Shown: positions 1-11,220 of the stretch, in pieces
Numbering within the stretch: position 1 is the stretch's first letter
How the letters are laid out: every line of letters begins with the position of its first letter
Source of the DNA: Prorocentrum cordatum
Taxonomy: Eukaryota
Direction: 5' to 3'
Assembly: GCA_963575745.1 (NCBI GenBank)
Contig: CAUYUJ010000125.1
Coordinates: forward strand, 62,001-117,911
Length of the DNA: 55,911 nucleotides
Notes under the pieces: model-generated
The model's database searches: none
What the model saw: the letters and a program-made list of their open reading frames with translations, nothing else
What the model was told of the DNA's origin: nothing
Program-made: the position numbers and the translations under genes

Positions 1-956
1 GGGTCGGGGGGGCGGAGAGGGCGGACATGGCTGGCGGGGGAGGAGGTGGGCTGGCCGCGGGGGCGCCAGGCAGGGCGCGGTGCCGTTGCCGTGCCAAAAG
101 AAAAAGTGTCGGGCGGAGGGGCGCGCTGGCTGGTGGACGAGGGAGAGCTGAGCTGGCCGTGGAGGGGCAAGGGGCGCGGTGCCAGTTGCCGTGGTGAAAT
201 ATCAGGGTCGGGGCCCAGGAGGCGCGCTGGCTGGCGAGGAGGAGCTGGGCCGGCTGTGGGACCGACGAGAGGGCGACTGGCAGCAGAAATGGGAGGGGCG
301 GCAGCGGCCCCACAAAAAGAAATGGTCGGGGTGGAGGGGGCGCGCAGGCTGGATGGGGGAATGGAGGTGGGCTGGGTGCCGAGGGGTGGCGGGGTGGCGG
401 GCGCGGCGCCAGTGACATGTCGAAATAATTAGCCCCGCCCCCCTGGAGCCCGACAACGGCCACTTGGAACCCTCTTGGGCCCCTCTTGGAGCGTTCATGG
501 GCGCTCTTGGGGACGTCTTGGGCCCTCTTTGACGTCTCTTGTGGCCCTCTTGAGCTCTCTTGTAGCGCTGTTGAGGTTCTAGAGAAAAGCCCACCCGAAG
601 CGAACAAGCAATGAGGCGAAACACATTTTGCTTCATGTGTTGGAAGGATTTGGACCTCCTGGGGTCTCCTTGGGAGGCTCCGTGGCCACTTGAAGCCGTC
701 TTGGAGCAGTCTTGGGGCTCCTTCGAGGCAGCTTGGAGGCCATCTTCAGCCAAGTTGGGTATCTCAAGCCATCTGGGATATCACCTTTAGCTCACAGGGG
801 GCCCCCGTCGGAGCCACCTTGGGCTAACAAAAGGGGGAAGACGGGGGTCAGAAGAGGGAGCGCTCTGGACCACCTCCGCCCAGAGGGTCTCTTGGATTTG
901 CTCGCACGCCCTTCGTTTCCCGCCACAGAGTGAAGAGCGCACGGAATAAACAGAAG

Positions 957-1124
957 GTCAGCGCGATACTCACGAAGATGAAGATCGGCCACTTGCCGCA
1001 GGTCGAGAGGGGGCCCTTTACGATCGACATCGTGGAGCGGGACCGCAAGCTGGTGTACGAGTGCAACCACTTCGACCGCTTCTACGCGGGCACCACCGAG
1101 AAGATCGCCACCATGTGCCTGCAG
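957..1124 (+). CDS. RAP-domain protein, internal exon (upstream exons not identified in the window)
   Basis: Translates VSAILTKMKIGHLPQVERGPFTIDIVERDRKLVYECNHFDRFYAGTTEKIATMCLQ; the GPFTIDI..VYE.N...FY pattern fits the RAP domain. AAG|G acceptor at 956/957 and CAG|GA donor at 1124/1125; strongly GC3-biased codons. Confidence 0.8.
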
Positions 1125-1299
1125 GACGAGGGCCCCCAGGCCACCCCGAATGGAGGGGGGCCTGGGGACAACACCCCTCCTGCAATCCTCGGGCAAGAGA
1201 TGGAGGAGGGCCACTCGACAACGGCCGCTCTCCTGCCCCCGCCCCAGCTGCGCTCGCACTCGGCCCCTGGACCCCTCCCGGGGCCCCTCGGACTGGCTC

Positions 1300-1761
1300 T
1301 CCTCGTCCTCCTCCTCCTCCTCCTCCTCCTCCTTCTCCTCCTCCTCCTCCTCCTCCTCCTCCTCCTCCTCCTCCTCCTCCCGGGAGCCGAGGTCTCCCGG
1401 GAGCCCCCCGGGAAGCGAGAGGCGCGCCCAGGGAGGACCGCCGCCGGCCTCGCCCGGCCGGCCCGCCGAGCGAGGAGGCGCGTCCGAGCCATGGAGCCTG
1501 GCTGCGAGGAGGAGGAGGAGGAGGAGGAGGAGGAGGAGGAGGAGGAGGAGGAGGAGGAGGAGGAGGAGGAGGGGGAGGAGGAGGAGGAGGAGTAGGAGGA
1601 GGAGAGGAGGAGGAGGAGGAGGAGGAGGAGGAGGAGATGGAGGCGGAGGAGGAGGAGGAGGAGGAGGAGGAGGAGGAGGAGGGGAGTTGGAGGAGGGAGG
1701 ACGAGGAGGAGGAGGAGGAGGAGGAGGAGGAGGAGGAGGAGGAGGAGGAGGAGGAGGAGGA
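1300..1761. repeat. Intronic (CCT)n tract (about 1300-1380) and (GAG)n tract (about 1506-1761)
   Basis: Directly visible trinucleotide runs of opposite polarity inside the first RAP intron. Confidence 0.95.
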
Positions 1762-1806
1762 GCCCTCCGGCCCTCGCGCGCGGGGCCGGGCGGCGCGGGC
1801 CTGCAG

Positions 1807-1900
1807 GAGCGCATCGTGAAGGCCATGGGCTACCGTGTGGTGCAGATCCCGCACTGGCAGTGGAACCGGATCATGCACCGGAAGCAGAGGGTCGAGTATC
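1807..1900 (+). CDS. RAP-domain protein exon
   Basis: ERIVKAMGYRVVQIPHWQWNRIMHRKQRVEY completes the RAP motif (GY.VV.IP.W.W). CAG|G acceptor at 1806/1807, phase 0 with the previous exon. The 3' boundary is ambiguous by 3 nt (ATC repeat). Confidence 0.8.
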
Positions 1901-1960
1901 CGGCTGCCTCCGGCAGTGCCGCCACCGCGCCAGCGCAGCATGTTGGGTGGCACGCCCCCG

Positions 1961-2122
1961 CCCTCCACCTTCCGCACCTTCCGCGCGGCAGGTGCCGCGC
2001 CGCGGCGGACGCCGCCGCCGCCGAAACCTCTGCTGCGGCCTCGGTGGAAGCCGCAGTGGCGGCCGCGGCGGCGGCCGCCGCGGCGTGGAACCTGCCGCGC
2101 GGAAGGTGCGGAAGGTGGAGGG
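1961..2122. repeat. Perfect 33-bp inverted repeat (hairpin) inside the second RAP intron
   Basis: ccctccaccttccgcaccttccgcgcggcaggt (1961-1993) is the exact reverse complement of 2090-2122. Confidence 0.95.
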
Positions 2123-2248
2123 TGAGGGCGCGAGGGGGCGCGACGTGAGGGGCTGCTGGTGGGCCCCTCGGAAGACTTCGGAGGCCCTGCCAGGCGGCAC
2201 TCGGCATCCTTCCACGCCTCAGCGTGTCGTGAGGCACGGCGGCGGATC

Positions 2249-2347
2249 TCAAGATGTCGCGGTATTACGCCATCAAGGACCGCCGCGAGCTGGAGCCCCG
2301 GGACGCCGAGCCGGCCGACGTCGCGACCAATCAGCTGGACTACCTGG
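2249..2347 (+). CDS. RAP-domain protein exon
   Basis: (L)KMSRYYAIKDRRELEPRDAEPADVATNQLDYL(G); coding-like composition; G|GC donor at 2347/2348. The 5' junction is non-canonical if VEY-LKMSR is the real join. Confidence 0.7.
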
Positions 2348-3173
2348 GCGATGGGGGGGCGCACGGGCTGCGCACTGGCGTTCGGGCCTGGCTGGGCCCG
2401 TCTCCTCCCCCGCTCCCGCTGCGGCTCCTCCCCTCCCCTCCCCTCCGCCCTCTACCTCTCGTCCCCCTGCCTCCAGGGGAAGGAGAAGTAGCGGGAGGGG
2501 CACCTCGTGAGTTCCCCTTCCGTCCCCCCCGTCTGGCTCGCGGTCGGCGGGCAGTTTTTTTGATCCGCGGGTCGAGAGCGCACCTCTTCTGGTCGAAGCT
2601 AAGCGGGCCGCGCGAAGCCTGCATTAGACGGAGGGAGGGGGGGAGAGCGGCGGGGCCTCAGGGCGAGGCCGAGGGGAGGCAGAGCCCCAGAGACAGGCGG
2701 TGCCGAAGCCGCAGGGCGGTTGGCGTACAGGCCAGGCTGCGTCACCCCCTGGCGCGCTGGGAGCATTCGGCGCGTCGCGGCCTGGGGCGGAGAGAGCTGC
2801 TCCTCGCCAGGGTGGCCGCGCGAGGGCGCGACGGGAGCCGAGCGTCGCGCATCGCGTGGCGCGACCGCGCGAAGCCAGGGTGTCCTAGAGCTCTCCGGCG
2901 GCCTGCTTTTTCACAACGGAGACCCCTGGAGGGTTAGGCCGCTTCTGGAGGACAGGCTTCTCATCCCGGGCAGTTCTTTATCGGTCCTGGGGCCCGGCGA
3001 GGGCCCCCAAGAAGCTGCAGAACAGCCGCGGCCGTGATTCTTTCGCATCGAGCGGAGGAGGAGTGACCACCTCGAGACCACGCCTCGGCACGGGGTGTAC
3101 GCGCGCCTTCCTGGGGGCCAGAGGTGGGCCCAGCCAGCCCCGCCTGCCAGCACGCGGCCGGCGGCTCCCCGAG

Positions 3174-3260
3174 GCGAGTACTTCTTCCGCAAGGAGATGC
3201 CCTCATCCCACTGGTCCTGGCACCAGCCCCGCGTCGACCCAGCCTACCGGCTGCCTCCAG
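3174..3260 (+). CDS. RAP-domain protein, C-terminal region exon (3' end uncertain)
   Basis: GAG|GC acceptor at 3173/3174, phase-compatible with the previous exon, giving DYLG-EYFFRKEMPSSHWSWHQPRVDPAYRLPP. Possible CAG|GA donor at 3260/3261; stop codon not located. Confidence 0.65.
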
Positions 3261-3274
3261 GATCGGGCAACGAA

Positions 3275-3518
3275 GGGGGAGGAGGAGGAGGAGGAGGAGG
3301 AGGAGGAGGAGGAGGAGGGGAGGAGGAGGAGGAGGAGGGGAGGAGGAGGAGGAGGAGGAGGAGGAGGAGGAGGAGGAGGAGGAGGAGGAGGAGGAGGAGG
3401 AGGATGAGGAGGAGGAGGAGGAGGGGAGAGGAGGAGGAGGAGGAGGAGGAGGAGAGGAGGAGGAGGAGGAGGAGGGGAGGAGGAGGAGGAGGAGGGGGAG
3501 CGAGGGGAGGAGAGGAGG
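3275..3518. repeat. (GAG)n microsatellite
   Basis: Visible purine run. Confidence 0.95.
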
Positions 3519-3751
3519 GCGTTTTGTGCGGACGTTACGGGGGGGATTGGGTGGGGTAGGTAACGTCACGTTTTGCGCTGGCGCCGTCAAGAATGTAGAG
3601 GAACAACAGACGACAGCTCGGACGTCAGCACGAATCGTGAAGTTGCCTGGTGGAGGGGCGGGGGGTGGGGGCTGGGGGGGGGGGCCGGTGGTGGCGGCCG
3701 GGGCCGGTAAAGGCCTTAACCGTGAAAATGATTACATAGCGACGTACGTAC

Positions 3752-3947
3752 CTCGGGCCGGACGAAAGGGGGGGACAAGGAAAGGGGGGGTTACGAAATG
3801 TGCTGCATGCAGTTGGTTTCGGCCCCACCGAGGGGCCCATTCCTCGATACATAGCCGCCTCCGGCGCCGGGAGGCGCCGGGAAAATCAGCTACGTGAGCT
3901 GATTCTCAAAGCCCCCCTTTGCTATCCCCCCTGTCGCCCGACCCGAG
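3752..3947. mobile_element. MITE-like element family A, copy 1
   Basis: Imperfect TIRs (ctcgggccggacgaaagggggg... / ...ccccctgtcgcccgacccgag); internal sequence closely matches 17874-18071. Confidence 0.8.
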
Positions 3948-4119
3948 TAACCCATCTGCATTGAGTGGAACGAGGTGGTCCAGAGAGGTATGGCTGATGA
4001 CAACACAGGGCTCGTCACTGGTCGTGCAAGCTACATGGGAAGTGCGCGCGATGCACGACTCGCGGGACGGCAGCACGAGGCTCGACGAGGAAAGGGGGGT
4101 ATTGAATGAGGGGCCACAT

Positions 4120-4247
4120 GCGAACCCTACCCCTACCCCCTACGATTTCTGAGGGGGATGGTGGGGTTCACTTCGCTCGGGAGCTCCCGAACGAAGTGAA
4201 CCTCCCCCTCCCCCTCAGAAGTCGTGGGGGGTAGGGGTAGGGTTCGC
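4120..4247. mobile_element. Palindromic MITE-like element family B, copy 1
   Basis: gcgaaccctacccctacccc...ggggtaggggtagggttcgc, nearly fully self-complementary around gggagctccc; second copy at 45757-45906. Confidence 0.8.
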
Positions 4248-6399
4248 GTCTGGCTCCCTGATCGAACGAGGGGCAGGAAGAGGACGCAAGAGGCGCAGAA
4301 CAGTTCCACGCGACAGCAGGAGTGCGACAGTTTGAGGGAGGAATGCGACGACGATGGACGAGGAAGGAATGGACAATCGGACGACGATGGATGAGGAAGG
4401 AGGTTTATTTTGCCGTTGGGAGCTGGCGCGCGTCTGCTCTGAGCGATCGCCTCCCGCTCGCTCTCTTGCCCCTCCCCCCTCCCTCCTTCGGGGACCGAGG
4501 CGAGGGCTCCGCCGCCCCGCAGCCTGCTCCCGGCTCGCAGTCGGCAGGGTAACCGAAAGGGGGGGCCGGAGGGGCACGCGCGCTCGTGGCCGGCGCCCCC
4601 CCCGTCGCCTCGCCTGATTTGCGTGCTCTGTGTGCTGACGGTTGCCCGTCGGTCGTTGGAAGTAGAGGTGATTCTGGCTGCCCAGGGCCCAATCGACTTC
4701 GGGTGCCTTCCTGCTTCAAGGATCGACATGGTCTGGCTGTTGCTTGTCAATTCTTTGGGCGGGCCCGAGCCCAATCTGCTTTATCCGCCTTCCTGCTTCA
4801 TGTTTCTGCCTACTTCTTCCGTCCGGCGTGTACCCACCGCGTCCCCGCGAACGGGCGTTTGCTTTGGGGAAGCCTGACGGTGGTGAGCCTGGAGAGCTCG
4901 ACGCGGCCACGGCAAGATTCTGAATGGGATCCGACGAAACCCGTTTTCTCTAAACATGGGTACGAAGTTGGGGTAGCAAAGGCAGCGGAAGTCACGAGGG
5001 TCAGGTGCAACAAGTACCACCTCAAATGGTCGAGAAGCAATGGTCCAGACCGCAGGCGGGACTGCGAGTCTGGTCCAAAGATCGGTTTCGACTGCCGCCG
5101 TGCCCCAGACTTTGACCCAGCAGATGGCTGAAATGCAGCAGCAGGTGTTCTCTGATCAAAGCGGCATGTTCAAACACCAGCAAGGGGATAACCTCAATAG
5201 ATCGCGGGCTATTTTCACGGAGTTGTGCGAACGCCTGCCAGGCGCAAAATGGCCGGAGCGTGGGCCCTCAAGCTCAGGAAAGTTTGGGCAAGCTGTCGCC
5301 TGCGATTGCACAGGCGCGCCAATCCGATCACCGAGCACTCAGACAGGGAGTCAACCACGTTCTTGTAAGAATAAGTGTTGTCGAGCACGCTGTCCACCGA
5401 CATAGATCACTCGAAGCTTGGGCCAGACTGTTGGAGCACCATAGCAATGAATTAACTCAGCAGCTAGATCATGCTGCAACCGCTTGGGGGCAGGTTCGGC
5501 GCGAGACGTCGGGAGTCGCGCCGCGATCACCATCAGGAGACTGCTACACAAATGGCCGCCATTGCCTTGCAACCATTTCCGGTTTCCAGGCATGTCAGCC
5601 CGATGGGGCGGCCTCTCACTGGGCAACATGAGAAGCCCATCACCGCCAGCGGTTCGGGAGCTAGCCGGCTGGCGAGCAGTGGGTGACGCGCGCCCGCCGA
5701 CTCCTGGGGCGACCCCTAGGCAGGTGTGGGAGAAGCTTGACGCGACCGCGACGGGGGGGCCCGACGCTAGTGCGACGGGGAAACCCGACGCCTGTGGCGG
5801 AGGGTGGCTTCGGGAGGGAAAAATTAACAACGCCCCGCCGTCGCCGCGGCCGCATCCTGAGCGGGGGCCTGCCCTCCTTGGCGCGAACCACCAGCTGCTT
5901 CTAACCGACCTGAGCGGTCATGCTAGAGCGGTGGGTGCAGTCCCCAGAATGCTGGCGGCGCGCGCCGGATCTCCCGCCGCCGTCCGAGTTTGAACGGGCG
6001 GGCACTGGCGCGGGCTCGTCGGGCGACCAACGGCGTGCAGCTGAAAAGGCCGAGGATGTTAATGACAATGTACACAACGTATACATAAGCATATCGCCTT
6101 AAGTTTTTTGGTCTCGGCCGTCTTTCCCTTACTTTCGAGAATGGAAACAGGGCGCGTGCGCTGCGTTAAGTTTGGCATGAGGTAGACTAGGAGTAACCCT
6201 CAGGTGGCTTCGGGAAATCGAGGTGGATAATGCAGCGGCACAACGTGCGAGAGGCTCGTTAACAGCGGGAACTTCGGTGCCCGCGGCGCACAGTTTGGCC
6301 CATCATGATGCGACATCCTCAGAAGCGACGACCTCGAACGAAGGGTGAATGCCCGCGCGGGAGAAGCCAGTGCCCGAGATTGATTGGTTCAGAGGCTAC

Positions 6400-8530
6400 A
6401 TATAGTTTGAATGATAATGGATTGGTGCCGGCTGGCGGGAGCCGATGGGTGCATTTCTGATTTCTCTCATTGGAACAGTGTCAAGATGACCACCAATATG
6501 CCCAAGTTGCGCGTTCCTCGAATTCATCGGACTGAGCCATGTTTGGTATGAGGTCGTCGCCCGCTGGCAACGTCTTTGAAACTGCATTTAATTTAGGTCG
6601 CGGGTTGAACGCCGTGGAGACGGGGTCCGACATGGGAACTCTCCATATAATGGAGCGGGACGGCCCAAACAAAACCTACCAATGGCTTTACGACAGATGC
6701 CAGGAGTTCCTTGAGCGCCAGAGAGTATCAACGCGCAGATGACCGATAGTACCATGGCAGCAAGTGCAGGAATCTGCAGTGATTGGGTTCGGCGATGAAG
6801 CTGTTCTGCTTGCGGCGAAGGTTGCCCCTGGGGTTGCCCCCCCCCCCCGCGCCCCGGCGTCAGAGGCGGCGAGGGCGCCTTTGCGGCGGGGCAGCCCGGC
6901 GCGAATGAGAGTCCGACTTAGTTTGTCCACCCTGTGCCCGAGATGGCAAATGTGCCAGGTCTGGCTGTGAGCACCTGCGTTGGAAGGCCCCGTGCGCCAT
7001 CTGCCAGAGGGGGCGTGCACCCGGAGAGAAGCATGCGCCTTCGCTCATTTAGCGAAGTCGGGTGCTCCAGCTGTTGCGCCAGCATCTCGACCTGGTTCCC
7101 TGCCATCTTGAGGGCGTTCTAAGAGCTGCGACAGCGGGCGCGGACAGCGCAGGTCTTCCCCCCGCGCTTCGAACGGGGCTCGCGAGGAGGGCGAGGGCCA
7201 TTCCGGGGGGCAGAGCTCAGTCTGGGCCCCATCGCCTGGGGGGGTGCCAGACAGCAGTCGCCCGGGCGGGGAGACGAAGAGGCGGGGCACCCCGAGCCCG
7301 AAAGGGTAGGGGGCAGAACGCTTTGTGAGAGCCCCTGGCGAGGTAAGGGTCCTAAGGGCGACTGCGAAGGACGTCCTGGAGACCGCGACAGTTGTCCAAG
7401 GGCCAGGCGTGCAAGCGTCAATCCACCTCGGTCTCCTGGCGCCCCCGTTGACGCCGACCGCCCTGACGTGGCGCGCCCCGCGCGGCGCGGGGGGGGGGCG
7501 CTCGTTCATCCGCGAGGGAAGGGCGCCCGCATTCAGGGCGAAGCGCGGGGGGGGCCCGGCGCGGATCTGAGTCTCGCGTCGGGGGATCCCGACGCTCTAA
7601 CAGTCTTGGCGGCTCTCGCCGCAGGAGTCTGAGTGGATCCTTCTCTGAGTATGATCGCGGAGATTCCCGCAGGGACTCTTTGTCTGGCGAAGCGTCCTTT
7701 TTCGCGCCGCTGAGCTGGTTGAGCCGTCTACGAGGGCGAGGCGGCCACCTTCGTATAGTGTTCGCTTCGACAAATTGGTAGAAGCTGCTGAGATCCAGGC
7801 TCGCGCGCAGTCGGTCAACTGGACTCAGAATCCGACTGGGCGTGCGATCGACAATTGGCCCAGACCAGTGGCTGATGCTCGGCTTGAGCGCGTTCCTTCG
7901 TTAATGGGAAATGCGGGGGCTGCTGCTCGCGCGGCGGCGGACCAGCTGGAGGGCGAAATCCGCGGGAGTGGGGCCCGCCATCGGTGTAGCATGGATCGCC
8001 CAATCCCTGAGCCAACGTGCTTCGAGGATCCTTGCGCGTCCTCGGACGCCGTCCGGGACTTGGGCGGCGCCCGACGGAAACGCCTAGAGGAGGGCGGCCG
8101 ACGCCGTCCTTGGGAGTCTCCCTCGACTGCTGCTGCCGTCGTAGAGGGGAGAGAGTGGTTGGTCGATTCGGCATCTTGTCTCGACTCTATAGGTCGTGAG
8201 GATCGTACCCGTGGAGAACGATCTAGGATGTATCAGTCGGAAAAGGGTGCGATTCTGTCTACCACGAATTGTCTTGCACTTGCCAACAAGGCGGCGCGTA
8301 TTATCCTCAGTGAACCACTGCTGGAATCTGGAGTTTACCCTACCATGCTCGAAGATGCATCGCGGGTGCTCTCTCTTGGGCTTTGGGTCAATGAATATGG
8401 AAGCAGGTTTGATTGGGGCAGTAATGGGGGCGCTTTCATCACCATGCCTGACGGCAGAGCGCGACCTCGAGGTCAGAACACATGTCCGTCAAAACACCTC
8501 TGCAGCTGTAGGGCTGCGGAATAGATATAC
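6400..8530 (+). mobile_element. Degenerate Ty1/copia-like LTR retrotransposon remnant (gag-like fragment and aspartic protease)
   Basis: ORF 7775-8524 contains EWLVDSASCLDSIG...ILSTTN...VLSLG...YGSRFDW...MPDG, resembling copia-type retropepsin (WxxDSG...LxTANG...VLSLG...F.W...PDG). KTYQWLYDRCQEFLERQR at about 6670-6725 is gag-like. No RT, integrase or LTRs seen; boundaries approximate. Confidence 0.55.
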
Positions 8531-9624
8531 GAATCAACTATGGCCAGAACGGACCGTCGGGTTACCATGAGCACCCGAGTGCGCTTTGTATTTAGGACCC
8601 GCGCTTGACCCGTGGTCTAGTGGGGCCTCGTTTTCTCGATCTATCCCCGAGGAGCTGTCCAATGCCGTGCCCCCTCGCGCGGTCTGGGGATGCCCGAGCC
8701 GACGCTGTCGATCGGTTTGCGCCGCTGGCTTATCAGGCTGCCCATGCTGCGGACACATTCGACCTTCGCTCATTCTTCCAGCCGGCTGGTGGTATCGCGG
8801 CTCTGGAATTTCCTAAATGTTCCCTTTGCATTGTGCGCACACAGAGAATTGGATTTGTGTGCACTGGAGGAGGATGAGGAGGAGGAGGAGGAGGAGGAGA
8901 AGGAGGAGGAGGAGGAGGAACATGAAGGAGGTTTTGGGGCATCTTTGCCGCTGTGCGCTCCTCTGTGCCCCGGCGGGCTTCTCTTCCTGTCCAGTGTTCT
9001 TCGCCTTTTTATTTCCCATCGTGTACGCGCTGGTTGCGTATTTTTGAAACTGGTCGAGCGATTCTCATTTAGTTTGTAAGCTTGCCGTGGTGCCATGTTC
9101 GCAGAGGGCCGGCGGACTTATTCATGAATAAATCACGATGTCAGGGCCGACGGACTGGTTCATTCAGGATGTCTCGAACGGGGGCTGCATTTTAGAACAA
9201 TGTGTGAGGATGTCTCGGGCAAGCGAGCGCATGATTTCGCAAACGAAACGCCTGTCCTGCAGAATGTATAACTGATGCCTCGAGCGAATCGCTTATTTTA
9301 ACGTGTCCAGGCCACCAAGGGGGAGATCGAATACGAAAATCGTCGGACTCTTCGAACGTAGAACTACGTGGGCGGAAAGGATAGCTTTCATGCGTCATGC
9401 GCCCGTTCGCTTGCCACGTGTTTTCATGTGTCTGGGCCACTCAGGGGTGACATCCAACATGTGGTCATCGGGTTTCATGCCTGAACAAAGTTCGAGGATG
9501 TCCAGAGCGAGGGCCTTGCCTGAGAGTGAAGTGCGAAAATGTTTTGAACAGGGGGTCTCGTTTGCGAGGGGGAGGAAGAGGAGAAGGAAAATCAGCCACC
9601 ACGTGTTTTGATATAGATCTCTTC

Positions 9625-11220
9625 CGCCTGTGAGGTGAAACCGTGTGTGTTTACATGGGTTTCTTTCGCCCGTGAGCTGGTACCATCTTCTTTCACATGG
9701 GTTTCTGTCGCCTGCGAGCTGAAACCATATGCTTTTACATGGGTTCCTTTCGCCTGCGAGCTGACACCCTGTGTTGATGGACGGGTTCTTTTTGTCTGTT
9801 AGCTGACGCCACGTGTTTGTTACATGGTTTCCTTTCGTTCGTGAGTTGAAGCCACGTGTATTTACACCGTTCCTTTCGCCCGTGAGTTGAAGCCATGTGT
9901 GTTAAAATATTTTGGGTCCTATCGCCAGTGAGCTGACCCCACGTTCTTTCACATGGTTCTTTTCGCCAACGAGCTGAAACCATGTGCTTTCACATGACGC
10001 CATGTGTTTTTGCATGGGTTGCTTTCGCCAGTGAGTTGCAACCGCGTGATTTTATACTGTTCGGCCCTCGTCTCGGTTCGTCTTGCTTCGGCTCGACTTG
10101 TTTCAGTTCGTCGCGTCTCGGTTCGCCGCGTTTCGGTCCGTCCACTGTCAGTGTATTTCGCCTCGGTTCGGGTTCGCCCCCTGTTGGTTCGTCCCGCTTG
10201 GGAACTGGATCGGATCTTGAGCTCGAGCTGGTTGAGCTCCCCGCACCTTTCGATTGCAACCAACTTTGGGCGAGCTATGCGTTCAGGCAGCTCGAGCTTA
10301 AGATCCACAGGATTCGGATGCCAATGACGACTTGACCCACAACGCAATGGAGCACAGCACATTTTAACACAGCACAGCGAAGCACAGTTCAACACAGCGC
10401 GAAGCAATCGCAATTTACGCCGGTATTGCTGCCTTGAGAGCGCACAGCCTTCGTAATTTAGGATGGGTATGGTTCGCCGGATTGCGGCGACTTCGGCATC
10501 AGACGCCATGTGGTTCCGGGAGGGTGAGCCGAAACGCATTCGCCCGTGAGTTGAAACCCAGTGTATTTACATGGCTCTTGTCGCCCGTAAGCTGACACCA
10601 CGTGTGTTTACCTTGCTCCTTTCGCACGTGAGCTGCAACCGCCGGCTTTTCATGTGTTTCTTTCGTCATTGAGCTGACCCCACCTTCTTTTGCATGGATT
10701 CCTTTCGCCCGTGAGCTGAAACCATGTGCTTTTACACGGGCTCTTTTTGCCCGTTAGCTGACGCCACGCGTTTTTTCATGGGTGTCTTTAGGCCGTGTGC
10801 TGACGCCATGCGTTTTTACATGGGTTCCTTTCGCCCGTGAGTTGATATCATGTGTTTTTACATGGTTGATTTTGCCCATGAGCTGCGACCGTGTGTTTTT
10901 TACATGGGTTCCGTTCGCCAGTGAGCTGACCCCACCTTCTTCTACATGGGTTCCTGTCGCCCGTGAGCTGACACCAGGTGGTTTTACACGGGTTCTGTGT
11001 GCCCGTTAGCTGACGCCACACGTTTCTACGTGGGTTTCTTTCGCCCGTGAGCTGACGCCATATGCTTTTGCATGGGTTCCTTTTCCCCGTGAGCCGAAAC
11101 CATGTCTTTTTGCCCGTGGCTGACCCTACGTCCTTTTATTCGGGTTTCTTTAGGCCGTGAGCTGACGCCATGTGTTTTTGCATGGGGTCCTTTTGCCCGT
11201 GAGTTGGTACCACGTGATTT
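9625..11220. repeat. Degenerate 42-bp tandem satellite, interrupted at about 10060-10530
   Basis: Unit like ttcgcccgtgagctgacgccatgtgtttttacatgggttcct; the (g)agctg core recurs at about 9674, 9716, 9758, 9800 and again through 10540-11220. Confidence 0.9.

Noticed and set aside
4600..5650. Possible coding fragments upstream of the copia remnant
   Set aside because: Frames are interrupted and no motif could be identified.
9625..11220. CRISPR-like regular spacing
   Set aside because: The whole 42-bp unit is homologous and degenerate, with no unique spacers and no cas genes, in a eukaryotic context.
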